Shown here: piece by piece, positions 1-6,990 of the stretch | How the letters are laid out: every line of letters begins with the position of its first letter | How positions within the stretch are numbered: the stretch's first letter is position 1 | Source: a virus | Length of the DNA: 64,000 bases | Virus record (IMG/VR): IMGVR_UViG_3300033153_004222 | Coordinates: 17,288 to 81,287 of that record | Direction: 5' to 3' (one strand) | Program-made: the position numbers and the translations under genes | Notes under the pieces: model-generated | The model's input: only the letters and a program-made list of their open reading frames with translations | Database searches by the model: none | What the model was told of the DNA's origin: nothing

Positions 1-373
1 TCATTTTTAGGGTTTTCCTTTTATTTTGAACAGAGTTAATTCCCGTTTCAAAATTAAAATGAAAATTACCTTTTTTCGTTTCCCTGAAAAATGATGTTTT
101 ACAAAAAAATAAGGCAGAATCTTAAAATAAAGATTAAGCAAAAGAATTTTTTCACTTGTTAGCTACTTGTTGAAATGGCAAAAATTCCATGATGGTTGAA
201 CCTTAGACCATTTTTTTCTTGTTAAATTTTGGTTGGCGAAGTGAAGCTGTAAACCCAAAATAACAAGAATAACAAACCCATCTATGACTCCTACTAATCA
301 TTGCGTATTGCAATATATGTTAATGCATATGTGATACGGAATTAAATTAATTGTTCACCTAAATTTATTTATT

Positions 374-640
374 ATGTCACGGACTAAACAACGACCATTT
401 GCTGTAACAGCATTTGGAGTATGTACTCTTTTGGCTTTTATGCCTTTCGCAACAGTATTAATCAATATGATATTCTCTGGATTCTGTTCTTTCATTTATA
501 ATGATGGAACAATCTATGATAGTATGATGGGACACCCTTTAAGTTATTTTGTTTGGGGATTGTTTGTTTTGATTTTTACGATCTGCTGTTTACATGAAGC
601 AGACGAAAGGTGGCAAGATTCACAAAAGTATAATTATTAA
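374..640 (+). CDS. small membrane protein (2 predicted TM helices)
   Basis: 88-aa ORF with two hydrophobic stretches and an AT-rich leader. Confidence 0.6.
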   Translation: MSRTKQRPFAVTAFGVCTLLAFMPFATVLINMIFSGFCSFIYNDGTIYDSMMGHPLSYFVWGLFVLIFTICCLHEADERWQDSQKYNY

Positions 641-756
641 TGACCGCTCGTTTCCTGGGTTTTCCTTTTCCACGCTTGACAGCTGTAGTAAAATGAAACT
701 GATCCCTTTTCTTTTCCCTGGAACTGAAGTCTATCTATTCACCTAAAAAATATGTT

Positions 757-864
757 ATGATCAAAATTAGAAACCCGATACTGTATTGGACAGTTGTTAT
801 TACTTTATTTTTATTATGTAACCCATTTACGATATGTGCTTTATGTTTTTATGCATGTATCTAA
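757..864 (+). CDS. small hydrophobic peptide (35 aa)
   Basis: Hand-translated MIKIRNPILYWTVVITLFLLCNPFTICALCFYACI*, preceded by the same TTCACCTA motif as its neighbours. Confidence 0.4.
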   Translation: MIKIRNPILYWTVVITLFLLCNPFTICALCFYACI

Positions 865-882
865 ATATAAATTATTTCACCT

Positions 883-1083
883 ATGAAACTTGAATTTAAA
901 AAAGAAACCGAAAAATTAATCGCCCTTGGAATAGGGTGGGAACAACACGAATATCCTCATCGTATGGCACCAGAAAAAGTAACAAAGATTGTCTTTGTAT
1001 TCTTATGCTGGGTAATAGAGGTAAAAATTACCACAGAGTATACTTTACTTACCGAAGGTACATCTGGGACTGAAATAGTATAG
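883..1083 (+). CDS. hypothetical protein
   Basis: 66-aa ORF followed by a terminator-like hairpin. Confidence 0.55.
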   Translation: MKLEFKKETEKLIALGIGWEQHEYPHRMAPEKVTKIVFVFLCWVIEVKITTEYTLLTEGTSGTEIV

Positions 1084-1099
1084 TGAAGGGTGAGTGAAA

Positions 1100-1131
1100 G
1101 GAAAAGAGCTACCATTGGTAGTTCTTCTTCC
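1100..1131 (+). terminator. hairpin / probable intrinsic terminator
   Basis: GGAAAAGAGCTACC-ATT-GGTAGTTCTTCTTCC inverted repeat just after ORF 883-1083. Confidence 0.5.
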
Positions 1132-1389
1132 TGGATATCAGATCCATAACTCCTACTAATCTCTGGTTTACAGGATAATATGTGAGTGCATATGTTATTC
1201 TTGGGGATTCAGAGAGTTGATGAGAGCATATTTATCCATAACTCCTACTAATTTTTGCGGTTTGCATTATTTGGACTGCGTTTGTGCGTGGGAAAACGCA
1301 CCGCTATTGAAATACTATGGTTATAGCCTTTGTTTTTATATAAGGCTTTTTATTACACATTGTAAATATTATAGCGTAAAGTTATATGT

Positions 1390-1740
1390 GCTCTTAAAGA
1401 GTAACGGAGTGTGGCGAGGTCCAGCTTGGCAACAGAAATGGTAATCGGTGAGTAAGACAATAGTGTTCTTACCATGAGAGAAGGCCTTCGATAATTGCAA
1501 TTGTACAGGCAATATGTAATTCAGGCGAATGTAAGTCCCATAACAAATGGGCATTTGACTGTAAATCCTACGCAGTATAAAGGTCTTGTACCTGAAATGT
1601 TAAGCGAATAGAGAGGATTGAAGTTTGTAAGTAGAACTATCTGAAGCAAATCAGTAAAATAACTTTCGGTGATCGTTTTGGGCTTTTTGTTGGAAGGTTT
1701 TATGCCTTTCGGCAAAGCTCAAAGCTATCGATTTTATTTG
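1390..1740 (+). ncRNA. candidate structured ncRNA (unassigned family)
   Basis: GC-enriched region without a credible ORF. It has several stems and ends in a long hairpin TTTGGGCTTTTTGTTGGAAGG-loop-CCTTTCGGCAAAGCTCAAAG (~1677-1724). Confidence 0.4.
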
Positions 1741-1782
1741 ACATAATCAAGTGGTGTTGAAAAATAAAGTATAGTTATATGA

Positions 1783-1814
1783 TTTGACATTATGTTGAAT
1801 TGTTAATAACTTTG
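1783..1814 (+). promoter_or_regulatory. Bacteroidota primary-sigma promoter (-33 TTTG / -7 TAACTTTG)
   Basis: TTTG at 1783-1786, 20-nt spacer, TAACTTTG at 1807-1814; matches the TTTG-N19-21-TAnnTTTG consensus. Confidence 0.75.
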
Positions 1815-1904
1815 TAAGCTGAAGGAAATTAACTACTCATAGTTGCAACTATAGAAGTAGAGCGAGTTGAGTAATTACTTCTCGCTGTTTTCCTTGCAAA
1901 ATAT

Positions 1905-1986
1905 GGGGATGCTACAGGCATTGATTACAATCAGGGCTTTTAAGAGCAGTTGTAAGACGAGGGTTCGAATCCTTCCATCTCCACCA
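1905..1986 (+). ncRNA. tmRNA-like RNA consisting only of the tRNA-like domain (no mRNA/tag domain)
   Basis: Acceptor stem GGGGATG/CATCTCC with G3:U, A discriminator and encoded CCA. Stemless D-loop CTACAGGCATTGA. P2 stem TTACAAT/GTTGTAA capped by a short hairpin. GAC linker. T-arm GAGGG-TTCGAAT-CCTTC. Confidence 0.8.
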
Positions 1987-2827
1987 ATGTAATGGTTCTG
2001 GTATACGAAAGAAAAATCGAGAACAATCGGGTGAAAGCCATCAGATATTATTACAAGACATAGAGCCAAGCAAGACGTGCAATTTAAGGAACAGATGATG
2101 TGTGGCTTTTGCCATGAATTTATGACGTTCTGGCACGGTGCTCTAACGATAAAGGCGTGTGGGCCGATAACTCTGGCGACAGAGTATAAAGACGAATAGT
2201 ATTCATACAAGACTATTTGTTGCCTCTTCGGAGGTCAATCTACACAAGTTGAAAACGGCAATGATGCGTGAATGCGTAAGTTGTTATCCGATTGCCTAAA
2301 TCGGATTGAGGTAGTAATACCAATAGGATAATCAGCAGACATAGTTACAAGTAAGTTTACCAACTTGCAAGTAGTATATGTCAGTTAAATATGGAACTCA
2401 TTGAGTTTGCGTATTTAATCGTGCATTGGTAAATGCATAGAGAACAGTAATCTATTTTGTACCTCAAAAGGGTACGAAGGATTTCCTCACGGACTGTTCT
2501 CTATTAGGAAGTTTATGATTAACTAAAATCAGAAAGCAAAACAAGTGGGGCGTTAGATATCGAAAGATGGCTAATACTATGCACTTCGGTGAACATAGTG
2601 CTTCAGTTACTCGCAAGGTAACTGTTGTTTGGATTCAAAAGACCAAGTATGTCCTGGCCGGGATATAATTGAGTTAAGTAGAATTTGAGTAGGTTCTAAT
2701 GTTACGAGTGATAAGCGTTACTTATCGCCATTGGCAGTTACTTTATGCAAATAGAGTGGATACGTTTTTAACCAACAGGAATAAAAGAACGAAAGACTGA
2801 CCAGATAGGGCTGTAATCTCAGGCTTT
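1987..2827 (+). ncRNA. large ornate structured ncRNA, GOLLD-like
   Basis: About 840 nt without a credible ORF and dense with hairpins: GCCTC-TTCG-GAGGT 2222-2235, ATCCGATT/AATCGGAT 2286-2306, TAGAGAACAGT/ACTGTTCTCTA 2438-2503, CAC-TTCG-GTG, CAGTTAC/GTAACTG 2604-2624. The 3' end is GTAATCTCAGGC. Size and adjacency to a tRNA-like gene in a phage fit GOLLD. Confidence 0.6.
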
Positions 2828-2873
2828 TCCTATCGTTTTTTCAAGGCAATTGTACAGACAAAACCAAGACATT

Positions 2874-3065
2874 ATGGAATATAATCACGAATATGATAAT
2901 CATTCGGAGATAGATTCTCTGAATGCTAAAGAAATGCAAGAGGCATACAATAAGTATTTGCTCTCGAAAAAGGATGAGCTGAGTGATGAGGAATATAATG
3001 CTTTAAGGGCATTGTTAGCTCAAAATGAAGCTGAGTTTCTATTTGATGATGATACTGATATATGA
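2874..3065 (+). CDS. hypothetical acidic protein
   Basis: ORF with a probable ATG start at 2874. Confidence 0.6.
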   Translation: MEYNHEYDNHSEIDSLNAKEMQEAYNKYLLSKKDELSDEEYNALRALLAQNEAEFLFDDDTDI

Positions 3066-3170
3066 TAATTGTAATATGTGTCTGACTTACGCACATTAAT
3101 GAGTGAGTCAAACCCTAAAAGAGCAGGGTATAATATGCTCTCGTAATTTCATTTAATTAACAATAAAGAC

Positions 3171-3767
3171 ATGAAAAATTACACAGAAAAAGAGGCAAAC
3201 GAACAAATTGCCAAATTGGTACCTGGAAAGGTATTACTAACTTCCGTAAGGAAAGTCGCAGGAGGCAAATTTCACATTGAATTGGCAGAGAAAATCCAAT
3301 CGCAAAACAGAAGTACCGTGAATGTATTAGGTATTTTAAATGCGGGTGATGAGCGATTTAATATCGGAGGAGCTCGTAGAGCTTGGGCACCTGCAGAAAA
3401 GGCACAACTATCTGAATTCTTCGGAATTGATGGAGCTGCACTTGATGGATTGGGTGAAAAGGAAAAGATATACGTATGTATAGCTGGACCTGCCTTAAAT
3501 GGGATTCCATTAGCTATTCAAATCGTGGAAACGACTGAAGGCGATGATTGGGATAATGCGAATATCGAAACCTCAGCTAAAAGAGCTGGTAAAGATGGAG
3601 ATATTCTGACGAATGAGGGGATGCCAATCTTTTCCAAAACTTATGTGGTAGGAGTACCTGAAGGTAACTCTGTGCAACATGTTTACTTGCAATCTGACCA
3701 GCAAATGGAAAGAGCTGCTAAAGTAAGCCTTGGTGCATCAGCTACAGCTGAACCGACTTTGGATTAA
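3171..3767 (+). CDS. conserved crAss-like early protein, possibly ssDNA-binding
   Basis: 198 aa with a KRAGxxGxxxxxxGxPIF motif that I recall from Bacteroidota phage early proteins; acidic tail; strong terminator downstream. Confidence 0.5.
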   Translation: MKNYTEKEANEQIAKLVPGKVLLTSVRKVAGGKFHIELAEKIQSQNRSTVNVLGILNAGDERFNIGGARRAWAPAEKAQLSEFFGIDGAALDGLGEKEKIYVCIAGPALNGIPLAIQIVETTEGDDWDNANIETSAKRAGKDGDILTNEGMPIFSKTYVVGVPEGNSVQHVYLQSDQQMERAAKVSLGASATAEPTLD

Positions 3768-3784
3768 GTTTAAGGTGAGTGAAG

Positions 3785-3824
3785 CAATTAGGACTGAGTG
3801 GTTTAGCCACTCGGTCCCTAATTG
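3785..3824 (+). terminator. intrinsic terminator
   Basis: CAATTAGGACTGAGTGG-TTTAG-CCACTCGGTCCCTAATTG followed by a T-rich tract. Confidence 0.75.
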
Positions 3825-3873
3825 TGTTTCTTTGTGTGTTGATTTGTAAAGGTAATATGTTAAGTTAAAGAAT

Positions 3874-4128
3874 ATGTTAACTAAATGGAAAAAATTTTTG
3901 ACAATGAACAAGCAAAAAAAAGGTAAGAAAACAAGGACTACCAGCGTCTTTTCTCCGTCTAAAAATGTCAGATCTAAAACAGTTCAAATAGAGTATAAGG
4001 ATATAATTACTCCTATACATTGGACTGAAGATGATGATGGAAAAATACAAATAGATGAAGATTTGATAAGGGAAGAATTTGAAGATGAACTTGAAAGAAT
4101 AATTTTTTTAGCAAATATAGAATTATGA
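3874..4128 (+). CDS. hypothetical protein
   Basis: 84-aa ORF with an ATGA overlap into the next gene. Confidence 0.65.
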   Translation: MLTKWKKFLTMNKQKKGKKTRTTSVFSPSKNVRSKTVQIEYKDIITPIHWTEDDDGKIQIDEDLIREEFEDELERIIFLANIEL

Positions 4129-4796
4129 TACTGATAAAAAATGAATGGGAAGTTCATGAAATAGGACTGAAAGAGTCAAAAGTATTTGTAGAACAATGGC
4201 ACTATGCTCACGGAGCAGGTAAAGTTTCACATAAATGTTATGGGTTATTTTATAAGAATGATCCGGGTACATTACATGGTGTAGCAATATGGAATGTCCC
4301 TCCTTTAGGAGCGGCTAAATCTGTTAGTTCACATCATCAAAGCGTTTTAGCTTTAAGTAGATTTTGTTTAATAGATGATAGACCTGAAAATTCAGGTTCA
4401 TATTTAATAAGTAAAAGCATCAAAAAGTTAGATAAATGTAGATGGAATACGTTATTAACCTATGCAGATACTGCATTGAATCATAACGGAGGATTATACA
4501 GAGCTGCTAATTGGGATTACGATGGAATGACAGGAAAGAATCCTATTTTTTGGGATCCAGAAAATGAACGGATGGTCAGCCGGAAAAAGGGACCGAAAAC
4601 CTATGGCAAACAAGCTATGCTTGATCAGGGCTATGAATTTAAAGGCAATTATGCCAAGCATAGATTTATATATCCTCTGAATAGAAAAGATAGGAAATTT
4701 AAAGCAATAGGGCAACAAATAGATTTATTGTTTACTTCAGATGGTAAACAAGAATTAAAAATACGTACTAATGACAAAGACAAACTGGCAGATTGA
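4125..4796 (+). CDS. Mom-like DNA base-modification enzyme (GNAT fold)
   Basis: Motifs FVEQWHY, LSRFCLIDDRPENSGSYLISKSIK and LLTYADTALNHNGGLYRAANWDYDG are typical of the phage Mu Mom family. Confidence 0.8.
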   Translation: MILIKNEWEVHEIGLKESKVFVEQWHYAHGAGKVSHKCYGLFYKNDPGTLHGVAIWNVPPLGAAKSVSSHHQSVLALSRFCLIDDRPENSGSYLISKSIKKLDKCRWNTLLTYADTALNHNGGLYRAANWDYDGMTGKNPIFWDPENERMVSRKKGPKTYGKQAMLDQGYEFKGNYAKHRFIYPLNRKDRKFKAIGQQIDLLFTSDGKQELKIRTNDKDKLAD

Positions 4797-4965
4797 AGAA
4801 GAGCATATAACAATGGCGATAGATGCCCTGGAAGAACAGGCTCGATGGTTGTCAGAAGGATATGCACCTCCTAATGAAGAAGATGTGGATAGATTAAAGG
4901 ATATTCACGAAGCAATTAAATTTTTTAAACTTAAAAAAAGAAACTTATGGACAAGTATAAATTAG
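4771..4965 (+). CDS. hypothetical protein
   Basis: 64-aa ORF overlapping its neighbours in the operon. Confidence 0.6.
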   Translation: MTKTNWQIEEEHITMAIDALEEQARWLSEGYAPPNEEDVDRLKDIHEAIKFFKLKKRNLWTSIN

Positions 4966-5309
4966 AAGATGCCTATAAAAGAATAGGTAAATTAACAGTT
5001 GAATTAGATTCTTGCAAAGAAACTGAAGAAAAATTCAGAACCTGGTGGCTACAAAATGAAGCTAAAGTTAAAGAGATGCAGGAAGAACTGGAAAAGTATA
5101 CAGATGCAAAGCCTCAATCTTTAATAGATAGAGTTATATCACAAATTTCACAAGATTTAGGAGAAATGGGTGAAGGTGATGAAAGTGTATGTTTATTATT
5201 ACAACAGCTTCCTGAAGATGTATTAGAAGCATATTTACCTGAAATGGTAATCCCAACTAAGCAAGAAGAAGCAGCAGGTGCAGATTTTGATGTAGATAAA
5301 CCGCTATAA
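4947..5309 (+). CDS. hypothetical protein with a C-terminal copy of the RNAP catalytic motif (GADFDVDK)
   Basis: 120 aa, coiled-coil N-terminus, ends MVIPTKQEEAAGADFDVDKPL. Confidence 0.7.
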   Translation: MDKYKLEDAYKRIGKLTVELDSCKETEEKFRTWWLQNEAKVKEMQEELEKYTDAKPQSLIDRVISQISQDLGEMGEGDESVCLLLQQLPEDVLEAYLPEMVIPTKQEEAAGADFDVDKPL

Positions 5310-5310
5310 T

Positions 5311-5424
5311 ATGTGGTTATATCTACTGATAAGTTTTTGGCTATTAACTTTAGGCTTATTAATATGGGCTTTGTTTACAGCGGAGATGGATGATGAGGAT
5401 GATGATTACACAACATTTAAATAG
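5311..5424 (+). CDS. small membrane protein (37 aa)
   Basis: Hand-translated MWLYLLISFWLLTLGLLIWALFTAEMDDEDDDYTTFK*; fills the gap between neighbours. Confidence 0.6.
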   Translation: MWLYLLISFWLLTLGLLIWALFTAEMDDEDDDYTTFK

Positions 5425-5430
5425 AAAGAT

Positions 5431-5688
5431 ATGAACGGATATGAAAGAATCTTTTATGAAAGAGATGTGCCTCAAGCAGTAAAGGCATTAAAAGAAATTG
5501 CTGCACATTTAGAAACTTTAACTAAAGTCATTGTTTCAGATCCAGGAGATGAAATAGAACATATTACTGAATCATACCCAGGAGCTGGATATGGTTATAG
5601 GAAACGTAAGAAATCAGATTCTAACCCACATGTTAATCCAAAATTTGGATCAGATGAATGGGTAGCTCAAGGAGGAGATAAACCATGA
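5431..5688 (+). CDS. hypothetical protein
   Basis: 85-aa ORF in the operon. Confidence 0.65.
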   Translation: MNGYERIFYERDVPQAVKALKEIAAHLETLTKVIVSDPGDEIEHITESYPGAGYGYRKRKKSDSNPHVNPKFGSDEWVAQGGDKP

Positions 5689-5855
5689 GCTGGTGGAGAA
5701 ACATAGATGAAGGTAAAAAGGTTAATTATTTTATAATACTTTTTGGGCTTATCACATGTATTGGATTAATATTATTCAATAAATGTGATGGCACTAAAAA
5801 GATAAAAAAACAAAATTATGAGCAAACCTTACATCCACGCACGGAGTTCCGCTAA
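5685..5855 (+). CDS. small membrane protein (56 aa)
   Basis: Hand-translated MSWWRNIDEGKKVNYFIILFGLITCIGLILFNK...; ATGA overlap with the upstream gene. Confidence 0.5.
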   Translation: MSWWRNIDEGKKVNYFIILFGLITCIGLILFNKCDGTKKIKKQNYEQTLHPRTEFR

Positions 5856-6228
5856 AAAATTTGGAGGAAAATGGGAAGATTATATAGAAATACATGAGCT
5901 ATTAGATAGCTCTAAAGCTGCAATAGCAGATAACAGGCATAGAGTTTTAACTCATAACTCCTGGTTTATAAGCTATATACTACCTAAAATATTTGGAGAA
6001 ACTTTCAGGAGAAAGTCAGATAACCAAGTAATTTCAACCAGAGAAATAGCAGAACAACATGTACTTGAAGATTATAGAATGAGATTCATTCCAACTGCAC
6101 AAGATTTTATTGAACATATGGATTATGTTGGATGGATGCAAAATGGAATAGCAGGATCTCCAGCAAGTGCAAAGAAATTAAATTTTAAAACTTCTAAAAA
6201 GCGTGTGAAGGTTTTAAATTTAGATTGA
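5818..6228 (+). CDS. DUF6915-like phage protein
   Basis: PYIHARSSAKKFGG...IH..LD.SK....D.RHR..H...EQHVLED signature. Confidence 0.7.
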   Translation: MSKPYIHARSSAKKFGGKWEDYIEIHELLDSSKAAIADNRHRVLTHNSWFISYILPKIFGETFRRKSDNQVISTREIAEQHVLEDYRMRFIPTAQDFIEHMDYVGWMQNGIAGSPASAKKLNFKTSKKRVKVLNLD

Positions 6229-6229
6229 T

Positions 6230-6628
6230 ATGAAAAACAAATTTAACAAAGGATATATTGTATGCCAACCAGGCTGGGAATACAATGATGAAGTATTCAA
6301 TAGGATGCCTGAAGATGCTATATCTGAGAATTTAGGAAAGATTTATTTAGATAAAGAAGAGGCTCAAAAAGAAGTAGATGATATATCTATATCTAATTGG
6401 TCTAATATAAATATATTAGAATTTGGCTATAGTATAAATGATGTAATGATAGATGAAAAGGATTTCGGAGAGAAAGATCTTAAAATATTTTTAGAGGAAA
6501 TTGGAGGAGAAATAGTAGATGAATGGGATTGGAGAACTCCACCTCTTATGAAAATAGAAGATATACATTTTATAGAAGAAAAAATGTATTTATCATTTGC
6601 ATATTTACAAGAATTAGACATAGCTTAA
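6230..6628 (+). CDS. hypothetical protein
   Basis: 132-aa acidic ORF. Confidence 0.7.
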   Translation: MKNKFNKGYIVCQPGWEYNDEVFNRMPEDAISENLGKIYLDKEEAQKEVDDISISNWSNINILEFGYSINDVMIDEKDFGEKDLKIFLEEIGGEIVDEWDWRTPPLMKIEDIHFIEEKMYLSFAYLQELDIA

Positions 6629-6645
6629 AAAGAGGGTAGCTCCCT

Positions 6646-6966
6646 TGGAGAAGACAGGAGCGAGGGATCCTGGAATGTTGAACTAACGTAGCTGTTCGAT
6701 ACTGTTTTCTCCATTTTATACCAGGAGTATATGACTACGAAGAATGAATTGCAGCTCGGGCTATAGCAAGGAATTCTTTTGATATGAGATACTCTTGGTT
6801 TTTTTATTTAAAGATAGCAATTGAGGCGAGTTCGTTATAAAAGAATCAGAAAGATAGGTAAAAAGGATAACAAAGCCTCATGGGCAAGTCCCGTGGACAG
6901 AAACCTTTTTTGAAATTAGTGCGACTTCCGTAACGAGGAAGATGGCCTACTATCCTTTTGCTATCT
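6646..6966 (+). ncRNA. three tandem stem-closed structured RNA domains (intergenic)
   Basis: Closing stems 6646-6657/6702-6713, 6720-6730/6789-6799 and 6812-6820/6958-6966. Confidence 0.5.
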
Positions 6967-6990
6967 ATTTTTAACTTAAAATTATATAAT

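Larger units (their letters stand above)
280..1252 (+). repeat. Three dispersed copies of ATC(C/T)AT(A/G)ACTCCTACTAAT (280-298, 1142-1160, 1234-1252)
   Basis: Copies 2 and 3 are identical over 19 nt and copy 1 has 2 mismatches. Similarity between copies 1 and 2 continues downstream (TGCATATGT). Confidence 0.8.

Noticed and set aside
280-1290. CRISPR array from the ACTCCTACTAAT repeats
   Set aside because: Only three copies, irregular spacing (862 and 92 nt), no cas genes
1408-1740. Group II intron (GTGTG start, GGCAAC loop) or RNase P RNA (GCAACAGAAA)
   Set aside because: No domain V/VI and no GAGGAAAGTCC or P4 partner were found
1905-1986. Ordinary tRNA-Ala, or a Leu-type tRNA read from the TTAA loop
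   Set aside because: There is no D stem and no canonical 5-bp/7-nt anticodon arm; the geometry matches a tmRNA TLD
1217-2210. Short ORFs 1217-1444, 1369-1554, 1521-1715 and 1875-2210
   Set aside because: Atypical composition and weak starts; they overlap the structured RNA elements, so they are likely spurious
1905-2400. Full-length or two-piece permuted tmRNA
   Set aside because: The 5' and 3' acceptor halves are 82 nt apart in standard order, and I found no tag ORF or second GGGG-starting piece
6862-6910. Twister ribozyme (TAAC...GCC...CAAGTC)
   Set aside because: The P2 partner and the GAG pseudoknot strand are missing
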